From Eledone cirrhosa (Eukaryota), in contig OZ024748.1 of assembly GCA_964016885.1 (NCBI GenBank), positions 34,348,001-34,412,000 on the forward strand: DNA of 64,000 nt, in the 5' to 3' direction. Of the stretch, positions 50,220 to 61,140 are shown one piece after another. The notes beneath the pieces are model-generated. The model searched no databases, had not been told where the DNA came from, and worked only from the letters and a program-made list of their open reading frames with translations. How positions within the stretch are numbered: position 1 is the first letter of the stretch; each line of letters starts with the position of its first letter. The translations under genes were made by a program, and so were the position numbers.

Positions 50220-51656
50220 TATATATCGTTTCTGAATTTGTTTAGCAAGATTCTTTATCTGAAAACGTTTGTTGAAACCGATATTGTTATACTTTGGGAG
50301 GGTGATGTTGCCAATAAGAAACACACGCACCAGTTGCTTTCACTTCAATTTATTATAAATTTGATAAATATAAGTTTGACAAATTTTATAAATTTCCGGT
50401 TGGTTGGTTGGTTCCGCAACCGGATGGTTGTTCATATATTGTCAAAGTTCTTTCGTCACGCATTCTGTGACCTCATCAGTGACCGGGGATTCTTTTCTTT
50501 GTTTTGTGCCTCTCCTTTGTTCTGTCCTATGTTTATGTGTGTGTTGTGTGCTTAGTTTGCGCATGTGTTACATCCGGGTGTCTGTGTGTGTTTTTATTTG
50601 TTTATTTATTTGTTTATTTACATGTTACTAGTTAGCTGTTTGTTCTATGTGTGTGTGTTTTCATTTTGTCCTTAATTATAAATTGTGATGTTTCTATTCC
50701 ATTCATGTTTTCTATTTAATTTTGGTTGGAGTTCATTTATGTTTATTGCCTCTGTGATTTCTCTAAACATTGCGTCTTTTCTGTGTGTAGATTCTATTTT
50801 TATCTCTATGTTCTCTAATTTGTCCTTATGTTCTATTTTAGCTTGTTGGTGGAGTATTGATGAGTCTTTTCTATCTTGGAATTCTCGCCAGTCTTCATTT
50901 AATCGTTCTCCTATGCTACGAGCTGTCACACCTATGTACATTATGTTCTTATTTTTACATTGTCCCTCACTACATCTTATGCTATATACTATGTTTCTAG
51001 TTTTACATTTAATATGGGGTCTTAGCTTACAGATTATGCATTTCCTGTCTATGCAGGAGGTCTTTGAAAAGGGTATGTATTACTAATTAGTGTTTTTATG
51101 GAGGTACCTGGTCTTTCCACTATCTTAATATTTCGTGTAAGTTTATCTAGGGCCCGTCTAAATTTGTAAGCTAGTTCACCTCTAGGGGTTGTATTGATGA
51201 ACATTACACTCTGGTATTTATTGCTATCATACCATGAGTTTATTTTATTAACCTTATTCCTAGTTCTTTCTATTATATTCCAAAATTTGCTCCTATACAA
51301 GGGGCAGGTCCCATTTGTATCATTATTTACCATATTTTCCCATTTGGTTCTAGCTCCTCTATTTTATCTCTCTGATTGTAGCCAGAGAATTGCATATGGT
51401 GGATGAAGTATTGTATGTGCCTCTCTAATTCTTTGGGGTTACACACGCGGGACGCGTTCCTCATCACCCTTACTAAATCCGCAATCAGTATGTTGATTTT
51501 GGTGTGATCCGAAACGGCTGAGTTTCGGTGGATCAGGTATTTGGAAGTCATGGGTTTGGCATAATGGGAATGGAGGATTTGTTGTTTTTTTGTTGTTTTT
51601 TGTTATCAATATTTTATAACCAGAGCTCTGGTTAGAAACCATTAATAACAAAAAAA
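50220..51656 (-). mobile_element. 5'-truncated Penelope-like retroelement (RT thumb, C-terminal GIY-YIG endonuclease, 3' UTR), frameshifted
   Basis: Three minus-strand frames join into ILHSHYAKPMTSKYLIHRNSA...SGY...CPLYRSKFW...SVMFINTTPRGELA...KIVERPG...CIDRKCIIC...CKTRNIVYSIRC...YIGVTARSIGERL...REITEA...LNRKHEW (stop at 50672). A hammerhead lies downstream and the 5' end is palindromic. The 3' boundary is approximate. Confidence 0.88.
50441..50483 (-). ncRNA. Minimal type I hammerhead ribozyme in the PLE 3' UTR/pLTR
   Basis: Minus strand reads GTCA-CTGATGA-G-GTCAC AGAATGC GTGAC-GAAA-G AA C-TT-TGAC: intact core, 4-bp stem I, 5-bp stem II, minimal stem III, same orientation as the PLE ORF. 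Confidence 0.85.
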
Positions 51657-51661
51657 AAAAG

Positions 51662-51822
51662 GGCGGTGGATTGGCAGTATCGGTAGAGCATAGTTTCGCC
51701 CCTTTACGATCTGAGTTAAAATCCCGCCGAGGTTGACTTTGCCTTTCATCCTTACGTGGTCGATAAAATAAAGTACCAGTAATGCACTGGATAATTGCTG
51801 GCCTTGTGCCTAAAGTAGAAAC

Positions 51823-51826
<4 letters not shown>
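51662..51826 (+). mobile_element. tRNA-derived SINE (octopus-type) with (TA)n tail
   Basis: A-box-like TGGCAGTATCGG, B-box-like GAGTTAAAATCCC, central TTGCCTTTCATCCTT..GGTCGATAAAATAAAGTACCAGT segment. A closely similar copy lies on the opposite strand at 59193-59343. Family assignment is from memory. Confidence 0.85.
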
Positions 51827-51864
<38 letters not shown>

Positions 51865-52405
51865 CAGGAAAGAAGGTTGACATGGTTTGCTATACAAAAA
51901 AGGTTTAATCACATAGCTTACATTTGTTTCACTGAGCTGGTAGGTCTAGAGATCGCTATTCGCTTATTTTCGCGTTACTCGATCGCCAATACAAAATTAT
52001 AACCAGTCAGATCTTCGGAGCATGCGAGAATGAAGAAAATACACAGGCAAGAAAAGAATATACAGGCTACTATATGAAGTAGTAATGGCATTCAATTAGA
52101 ACAATAACAACAATTACAACAATGCTATCAATAAATTATTTAAGGAGACCCTGACATTACTTAGGTGGGGGGTATATAATGTATCTAACGTTACGGCGTG
52201 TAAAACTAGCTGTCATGAGGCAAAAGAAAGCGTTTGGCATGTACAGAGTATCGGAGTGTATAGCAATTTTAAATTTTAAAGATAAGCTAGTGTTTACAGT
52301 CTTTCTCTTCATCTTCAATAGTATACATGAGTGGGACAACATTGTCAAAGCTAAATAGTTGTTGAGTTAATACAGAGGTTAACGAAGTAATATATGCATA
52401 TATTT

Positions 52406-52632
<227 letters not shown>

Positions 52633-53485
52633 CAAAGAAATAAGCGTGCTAATTGTAATTATGGCAAAGAAGGTAAAGTTACATTGTAGTAATGATTTGA
52701 GAAAAACTAGGATTTAGGATCAAATGATGGCAGCAGCTGAGAAGAAATAAGTTTGTTGGTAGATGAGGTACTTACAGACAATTATGTGGTATAGACTTGT
52801 GAAGGATAGAGTATACTTAATGAATATATTTCTGTGGGTAGTAGTTATCCTAATTTAAAGCTATGTTATGTTGGTTCGATTCACGGAGGTTTGAATCTTA
52901 TGAATTTAGTGGCTATTCTATGTCTGCAGAAGATAGATCTTTCTAGCTTATTGTTAAGTAGTCTTTTTACATTTTTAAGGATATACAATAGCTCAAGATC
53001 ACATAGCCCGCAGTGGGACATCCCTGTACTATAGGTTTTAGCAGCCGACAACTTCGACCAGTTGATACTGTAGTTAGTGTTACTGTCCTTCAATTCCCAT
53101 ATTTTTTTGGCGAGGGTTGTGGAACCCATAAGTGCACGGTTTTTCATTGAGTGTCTGTGCACATACCATCTTTTTTTAAAAGAACCCGCGGTGGATCCTA
53201 TGTAATTCCAGGTGGAGTTACCCGAGATGACCGTGCACATGTACACCAGGTTCGAATCGAGACATCTGTTCGCCAATGGGCACCTATCTGGGAGGTGACA
53301 GTTACAGTTTGAGGCGCTATTTTGTGCAACTTTTACATTCCTGTTTAGTACTCTGTTATAAGTGAGTTGTGATATACGCCCAATGGGGTTTTGCTGCTGC
53401 GCGTTTGTATGCGCTTGTATGCGCATACAAACGCGCAGCAGCAAAACCCCATTGGGCGTATATCACAACCCACTTATAACAGAGT
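52633..53485 (-). mobile_element. 5'-truncated Penelope-like element (GIY-YIG domain only, Nematis-like) with inverted 5' duplication
   Basis: ORF 52881-53444 contains CNC..CPL...CL...LVYMCTV...YIGST..SFKKRWYVH...TTLAKKIWELK...INW...CGLCDLE...LNNK...CRH. A 65-bp inverted repeat sits at the 5' end. Clade assignment is from remembered motifs and the 3' boundary is approximate. Confidence 0.88.
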
Positions 53486-53490
53486 TATAG

Positions 53491-54370
53491 CACGAAATAC
53501 CTGATTCACAAAAGAAATAGGGATGCAGGCAAGACACCTAGATGTGATAACACGTGCAGACTCTGCAGAACTAACATCGAGGATATCACCCATGTCATAA
53601 GCAGCTATCCAAAGATGTCATCGCGGTACTATCTACCTATGATGCATGATGTAGTGGCCAAAACACTATACAATGCAGTGCGTAAAAAGGATAGCCCCGA
53701 TAATAAACACATTAAAAGCTACAGCAATGTGGTAGACATCCATGTACATAATATGAAAGAGTACTGGTGGAATGTTCCAGTAAAATCCCCAATAAAATGC
53801 AGGCATAACAGACCAGATATTATGATATGGGACAGGGAGAAGAAAACATGCACAGTAGTGGAAATTAGCTGCCCAGCAGATGCCAATATAATATCAAAGA
53901 TTAGTGAAAAGGAGAATATTTATGCAGAACTGATGAGAAATCTGCAGATACTCCACCCTGATTACACCTTCAGATTTATGCCTGTGATTATTGGGACACT
54001 GGGATATGTTAGTAACAGCCTCAATAGAGATCTTGAGAAGCTAGGCTTCACAGGAACAGAAAGGACACAACTAGTTAGGAAATTACAAGTACAATCCATT
54101 AATGGAACAGTAAAAATATGTAAAACATTCCACACATTTTGCATCTAATAACTGCATATACACATGTACAGCAAGAAAGCATATACACATGCACACATAC
54201 AACTCAAAACATCCACATCCACACACACAATAACATCCATATCTACACATGCATACATACATATCTACCTAGTTGATGTTGTGTAAATTCCAATGAGAGA
54301 GTCTTGTGTCTATGTTAGAAACCGACTCTCTCTCTAGTGGGAAAAAGTTTGTGAAATTATAAAACAGAAC
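53491..54370 (+). mobile_element. 3' fragment of an R4/Dong-like non-LTR retrotransposon (CCHC knuckle, restriction-like endonuclease, 3' UTR)
   Basis: CRLC..EDITHVISS, MHDVVAK, HNRPDIMIWD..VVEISCP; ORF stop at 54148. Paralogous to 56990-57870 (14 of 177 aa differ). Followed by (ATAC)n to 54480. Confidence 0.92.
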
Positions 54371-54480
54371 ATACATACATACATACATACATACATACAT
54401 ACATACATACATACATACATACATACATACATACATACATACGTACATACGTACGTACGTACTTGCATACATACATACAT

Positions 54481-54800
54481 GGTGGCTGCCAACTCGTTTT
54501 CGAGTACGGCCACTACTTTATATCCATGTAGGAGAACCCCTACCGATGCGCTGAACGAGTGTGACCCCCCAGTCGAGCCAGCGACTTGAAAACTCTGGTA
54601 CAAACACTACACTTGTGACAATTATTGACACATAGTGCTGGGCCCATGGTACCATGTGACGACAAGTCCAGAGAGATCTCCAGATATAAAGCAATGCCTG
54701 TGCCGTGAAGCTTTTATAGTGAGCAAAGGCACTGCACAAAGCCAGTCCCACTCTCTTAACCAAGATGATATTTACCAAAAAGAAGTCAACATCATTGGAT
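54481..54800 (+). mobile_element. Probable 5' leader/ORF start of the R4-like element
   Basis: Starts immediately after (CATA)n. The first 55 bp recur identically at 57994-58048, again directly after (CATA)n. Assignment to the R4 element is inference. Confidence 0.5.
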
Positions 54801-54992
54801 ACCATCGGGGTTGCAGGTGTTATATCAGAGTTTTCCTTCTCCTAGAATTCTGCCTTCACAAAGGCTAAGAGGTCACGATCAGTCGCATATTTTGGTGTGG
54901 GAGACTATTTGATACCATCAGGGTTGCAGGTGTACATACATACATACATACATACATACATACATACATACATACATACATACATACATACA

Positions 54993-57870
54993 GAGTGCTG
55001 ACCTACGAAAAAACATAGGATATGTGACAATGCTCCTTACATGCAAACAAACACAAAAAAACCTCACTCCTCACCAACAAATAGTGAAAAATAAAATAGA
55101 GACGATGTTTGGTAACAGTAGAACCAGAACTCTCCAATATAAGCTGATCACCCTCAAACAAGAATTGAGAGCTGTTAGCGAAAATCGCCGATACCTGAAG
55201 AAGGTAGATGAGAGAAAAGTGCTTAATAAAAGATTCAGACGAAACCAAACATCAGTCTATAGAGATATGAAGGGCAAAATAATAAGTGCCACTGAGGCCC
55301 CATCCCAGAAAGACATAGATTCCTTTTGGAGAAAAATATGGGGTGAAAAGAAGAATTTCAACTAAGATGCAGTGTGGCTAAGGGAAAAACATACAAAATA
55401 AGTGAGGGTACCATTGAGACTGTGATAGGAAAACTCCAAGATAAGAAAACACCAGGAAGAGACATGATTGTCGGCTACCGGAACAAAAAACTAATATTCT
55501 ATCGGAGGTATCTTACTGACCTCTACCAACAAGTTCTTAAGGGAGATACACTTATACCAGAATGGTTGACATTAGCACAAACGTTACTGGTCCCCAAGAA
55601 CAAAGACACCCACTTGGCAAAAAACTACCGACCCATTGCATGACAGAACCTGATGTATAAGATGTATACAGCCTGCCTCAACCTATTCCTCCAAGATCAC
55701 TGTGAAAATAATAACATCATCACAGATGAACAAGCAGCTGGAAAGAAAGAGGTTTGGGGATGTGCTCAATAACTCCTAATCAACAAAACTGCGATGTCGG
55801 AGGTGCGAGAACTTAGGAGGAATATGACTACAGTCTGGCTGGACTACAGGAAAGCTTTCGATTCTGTTCCCCACTCTTGGATAATAGAGGTCCTCCAACT
55901 TGCTAAAGTCTCAGACCTTATTGTCTTATTGTCAGAGCCATAGAGAGGCTGTCTTCTTCTTGGGCTACTATCCTAAGGTTAAAGACAGAGAGGGACGACT
56001 CTATTTTCACTGATAAAATAAAATATTGCAGGGGTATATTTCAGGGGGACAGTCTCTCTGTGATATTATTCATCTTGTCATTAAACCCCTTGTCCTTTCT
56101 GCTCAAGAAATGTGAGGGATACATCATTGGCTCACAGGAGGACAGCAATACGAACCTAACCCATAATTTCTTTGTGGACGATCTGAAACTATACCATGAA
56201 CATGAATGGGATGAAGAAAAATCTTGACCTGGTTACAACGTTCTCAAAGGATATAGGAATGGAGTTTGGCCAAGATAAATGCTCATACATGACTGTAAAG
56301 CGGGGAAAAACAACAACCCAATCTAGCAACATTGTGATCAATGGCCTAACTATTTCACCGATATCTGATGAGGACTGCTACAGATACCTTGGAATGGATG
56401 AGAACATATCCTATAATGGTATCTATAATAAAGAACGCGTAACCAGGGAATACTACACCCGATTAAGAAAGATCTGGTCATCGGAACTCTCTGCGCAAAA
56501 CAAAACAGTGGCTCACAATGTGTTTGCTGTGCCTGTCCTAACACCAACGTTTGGAATACTCAATTGGACGATAGACGAAATCCGAGCAGTTGATGTTGGA
56601 ACTCGAAAAATACTGAACAACACCGGAAACTTCCACATCAACAGTGACATAGACCGCCTTTACTTGAAACATAAGCAGGGAGGCATAGGCCTAACATCAG
56701 TCCAGACAACATTTGAATGTCGCATCATATCTCTCTGACAACATCTACGAACCTCGAAGCGTAGGGGCCCGTTTCTCAGCAAATCTATCTGCATGAAACA
56801 GATAAGATCATGAGAGTTGGGAAGGAACTCCTTGAGAGATATTCCCTGTGTGATAATCAAAAACTCACACCCAGGGATGTCGCTCAGCAGTATCGCAGTG
56901 AATCAATGGATGAAAAACTGCATGACTATCAGCAAAAAATCATGCATGGATATGTTGCCAGCTTTTGTAATCCAAGAACAGGAGACTAACACGAAATACC
57001 TGATTCACAAAATAGGGATGCAGGCAAGACACCTAGATGTGATAACAAGTGCAGACTCTGCAGAACTAACATCGAGGATATCACCCATGTCATCAGCAGC
57101 TGTCCAAAGATGTCATCGCGGTACTATCTACCTATGAGGCATGATGTAGTGGCCAAAACACTGTACAATGCAGTTCGTAAAAAAGATAGCCCTGATAATA
57201 AACACATTAAAAGCTACAACAATGTGGAAGACATCCATGTACATAATATGAAAGAGTACTGGTGGAATGTTACAGTAAATACCCCAATAAAATGCAGGCA
57301 TAACAGACCAGATAGTATGTTATGGGACAGGGAGAAGAAAACATGCACAGTAGTGGAAATTAGCTGCCCAGCAGATGCCAATATAATATCAAAGATTAGT
57401 GAAAAGGAGAATATTTATGCAGAACTGATGAGAAATCTGCAGATACTCCACCTTGATTACACCTTCAGATTTATGCCTGTGATTATTGGGGCACTTGGGT
57501 ATGTTAGTAACTGCCCCAATACAAATCTTGAGAAGCTAGGCTTCACAGGAACAGAAAGGACACAACTAGTTAGGAAATTACAAGTACAATCCATTAATGG
57601 AACAGTAAAAATATGTAAAACATTCCACACATTTTGCATCTAATAACTGCATATACACATGTACAGATACAAAGCATATACACATGCACACATACAACTC
57701 AAAACATACACATCCACACATACAATAACATCCATATCTACACATGCATGCATACATACATATCTACCTAGTTGATGTTACGTAAATTCCAATGAGAGAG
57801 TCTTGTGTCTATGTTTGAAACCGACTCTCTCTCTATTGGTAAAACTTTGTGAAATTATAAAACCAGAAGA
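54993..57870 (+). mobile_element. Decayed, 5'-truncated R4/Dong-clade non-LTR retrotransposon (RT plus RLE), flanked by (TACA)n on both sides
   Basis: RT motifs KNYRPIA, EQAAGKK, WLDYRKAFDSVPH, GIFQGDSLS, FFVDDLKL, DIGMEFGQDKC, YRYLG; DRLYL..QGGIGL; IQEQE; CRLC..H..C; RHD; RPD..D..EISCP. Several stops and frameshifts; final stop at 57643. Confidence 0.95.
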
Positions 57871-57945
57871 ACATACATACATACAAACATCCATACATAG
57901 ATACAAACATTCATACATACATATATGCATACATACATACATACA

Positions 57946-57979
<34 letters not shown>

Positions 57980-58081
57980 CATACATACATGGTGGTGGCT
58001 GCCAACTCGTTTTCGAGTACGGCCACTACTTTATATCCATGTAGGAGATACTGGTGCGATATAAAAACATACAGATATATA

Positions 58082-58126
<45 letters not shown>
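57871..58126. repeat. (CATA)n tract, 55-bp leader remnant and (GA)n microsatellite
   Basis: Directly visible. Confidence 0.9.
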
Positions 58127-58128
<2 letters not shown>

Positions 58129-58664
58129 GTAGGGGAAAGTTTTCAGTTTCCATCGGTAAGTCTAACTGTAATGGAGTTGATATAACCTTCCAGAAATTGC
58201 CTTTAGATTGTCTGTAGAATTGTTTCCCCAACGATGTTGGCACCAATCTTCCACTTCAAGCGCCAAATTGCTGTTACTTTACAATATGGAGATATGAAGA
58301 AATGGCTTTATTTCAATGTAGGAATGGGACTTTAACCTTTACTGCTTAATTTGATTCAAGTTGAACGGTGATATGTATGAATATGTATTTGTGTGGGGGC
58401 GTGTAAGTGTGTGTGTGTGTGCTATATGGACATGACTAGAACTGTTTTAAAGTCTTGATGGATTCAAAAGATTGAAACATTTCTAGTTCCGTAGAAGTGA
58501 TTTCTACATGAAATAAATATGCACCTTCTCTACTAATGTATTGAGTACCACATTTAAACATGATACTCAATACAAGAAGTCCATTATATTTAAACTGACA
58601 AGATGGTCAGAAATCACGTCTTTTGTTACGGATTCTACTCAATCAGAACTGACCTACGGCTAAT

Positions 58665-58813
58665 CAACAACAACATTAGCAGCAGCAATAACAATAACAA
58701 ATTCTACTACAGCAGTAATAATAAGAACAACAGGAATAACAACGATAACAACAAAAACAACAGTAACAACTGCAGCAACAGCAACAACAATTGTAACAAC
58801 AACAACAACAACA

Positions 58814-58856
<43 letters not shown>

Positions 58857-58872
58857 TCACCGCAACAACAAC
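58665..58872. repeat. (AAC/AAT)n-(TAC)n trinucleotide microsatellite
   Basis: Directly visible. Confidence 0.95.
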
Positions 58873-58952
58873 TGTAGTTTCAAATGGTTGTACTCGACAG
58901 TAGTCTCATATCATTAAATACCCGTAGTTAATCCTGATCAAATAAAGTCTAC

Positions 58953-59420
58953 AAATACCGCAAGGCATTTCGTCCAATACTAACAACTCAACCAATCCCC
59001 ACCCCATTTGATTGATATTTTATTTTATCGACCTTCTGAAGCGACGAAAGACATATCAGACCTCGGCAGGATTTGAACTGAGAGCAGAGACTACAAGAAC
59101 AAATGCCATCATACATATTGTCAAACGCTCTACCAATTCCTCCAACCCACTTTTCTGACTGGTACGTTATTTTATCGACCCCCAGAAATAATTGTTTCTA
59201 CTTTAGGCACAAGGCCAGCAATTACCCAGTGCATTACTGGTACTTTATTTTATCGACCCCGTAAGGATAAAAGGCAAAGTCAACCTCGGCGGAATTTGAA
59301 ATCAGATCGTAAAGGGACGTAACTATGCTGGAAAGCATGGCGTCCCCCAGAAATAATGAAAGACAAAGTGGAACTTGGTAAGATTTGAACTCAGAGTCTG
59401 AATTGTCAGAACAAATACGT
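58953..59420 (-). mobile_element. Nest of same-orientation tRNA-derived SINEs; a younger copy (59193-59343) is inserted in an older copy with a 14-bp TSD
   Basis: TATTTTATCGACC occurs three times and GATTTGAAC/AATTTGAAA (reverse B-box) three times. Direct repeat CCCCCAGAAATAAT at 59179-59192 and 59344-59357. Confidence 0.85.
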
Positions 59421-59429
59421 GTATCGTGT

Positions 59430-61140
59430 ATTTCATATTGTTTCGTGCAATAGTCAACTTTTCGAGTAATCTATCTTTTATGCAATCTCTGCTTTTAAAG
59501 AATTGGTGTGTCTTGTTTTCATATAGTTCATTAGCGAGAATATTCTTTGAAACCCATGCAGACAAATGTGGCATAGAATTATGTCACATTAGTCATAAAA
59601 TTGGATAACAAATCATATTTTGTATTATGAAGTCCATCTTTTATGTCTTCTAACTTGTACAGGTATTAAGGATTATTTTCTATAGAGATCGCTAAATTGT
59701 CTGCTGTTAAACGATAATTCCTCCATTGATCACCAACATCATTAAGTCTGCTTTCTTGCACAATGAATGGGAAATGAACAGCTAACGAAATGATAGATAT
59801 AGGAAAGGTACTGAAATCATGTGCTACATTTGGGTATATCTAATACCTTTAGTTTTGCAATTATTCCATTATCACTGAAAGGAAATATCTTTCTGATTGT
59901 AATACAAAGTTCCACTAGGAATTTCAAACAATCATTTTTAAATCTCCTAACACTGATTTCATCATCAAAAGGTTCATTAAATGAATATCATGTTGCCTTT
60001 CCTGTAAAGAAAACATCATTAATGTTTTGTAGTAACTTTCATAGCTTGGATCAATTTCTAAAAATGTCATGTTATCCATAGGTAATATAGAAACTCAAGA
60101 GATTCTGTAATTGTGATATTATTCAATAGAGATATACCATGGAATGTTTACATTGGAATCAAACCTTCAGTAAATTCACTTTCTCTAGCAAATACTGAAC
60201 ACAAAATGATATATGGCTGCTTCTGCAATTGTTGTATATGTCATAACTTCTGCTACCTTCAACTTAGTCAACTTTCGATTGAATTTGAAAATAGCAAATA
60301 AAGAAAGCAATAAAATGTTCTTCTATTACTGTAATAACTGTTTCTAGATAAATCTATCTTTGTTGAACATATTAAGGTATATTATGGCAACGTATCATCA
60401 CTAATGTGGAATTAAAGTGAAGTGATGTTACGAGAAAAAATACATGTTATATCTTTCTCAGAAAAACTCTAAATATGAGGACAATATATTGGCAGCATAA
60501 CTAGTGCAAAGAATGAAAATTGGCAGATGCACCCTATAATAAAATAGATGTCATACAAGCTTTCGGTAATTTCTGGAACCAATTCCCAGTATCCATGATG
60601 GAGGAATAATCATCAATTACAACGTAGTAACATATCTAAAGTAATAAATATTCTTTCTCACGGCGCACATTTGACAACATTGTAAAGATAGAGGACAATT
60701 GTTTGTTCTACATCTACAACATCTAAAACTCAACATCTAACACTCAACATCTAACACTCTACATCTAACACTCAACATCTAACACTCAACATCTAACACT
60801 CTACATCTAACACTCAACATCTAACACTCAACTTCTAACAGCCACTCAACATCTAACAGTCACTCAACATCTAACACTCGACATCTAACAGTCACTCAAG
60901 ATCCAACACTCGACATCTAACAGTCAAGCATCATGCTTATTGAAATGAAATTATCTCACAACTATAAATATCTTGATGGTAACTGAAATGTTTGCGCTTT
61001 CATCAATTAAAATAGAAAAGTTTTGCGCCTTGCAAATATCTGTTATCGTTATTTTTTTCTATTCATGGGTGACGCTTCTATTCTGAATAGCATAAGAAAG
61101 TTTTGTACTTTTTATTGACGAGTTTCATTTTCTCTTACTG
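59430..61140 (-). pseudogene. Fossil hAT-superfamily transposase
   Basis: Manual minus-strand translation across stops and frameshifts gives, in order: KMKL, FSILIDES (~60996-61019), LDVVDVEQ..LYNVVK, DDYSSIM, GCIC (~60523-60534), FKNDCLKFLVELCITIRKIFPF..LKVLD, DQWRNY, KYDLLSNFM, PHLSAWV/QRIFSLMNYMKTRHTNSL (hAT C-terminal motif, ~59500-59565). Confidence 0.85.
60709..60926. repeat. 14-bp minisatellite CAACATCTAACACT with 18-bp variants (GTCA/GCCA insertion)
   Basis: About 14 tandem units embedded in the hAT fossil. Confidence 0.95.

Noticed and set aside
50223-50292. Possible extra hammerhead/hairpin (ATATCGTTTC..CTGAAAA..GAAACCGATAT)
   Set aside because: The core deviates from CUGANGA and stem II does not form; only a short imperfect inverted repeat.
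51662-51730. tRNA gene
   Set aside because: The A/B-box-like motifs belong to a SINE head; no cloverleaf.
52633-52880. Hammerhead expected in the PLE 2 3' UTR
   Set aside because: No CTGANGA..GAAA motif found by eye on the minus strand.
55641-55643. In-frame TGA at a Cys position (RPIA*) suggesting selenocysteine recoding
   Set aside because: The same element has TAA stops and several frameshifts, and no SECIS was recognised; simple decay explains it.
58537-58574. 11-bp inverted repeat TGTATTGAGTA/TACTCAATACA
   Set aside because: Short, AT-rich and isolated; no associated element could be supported.
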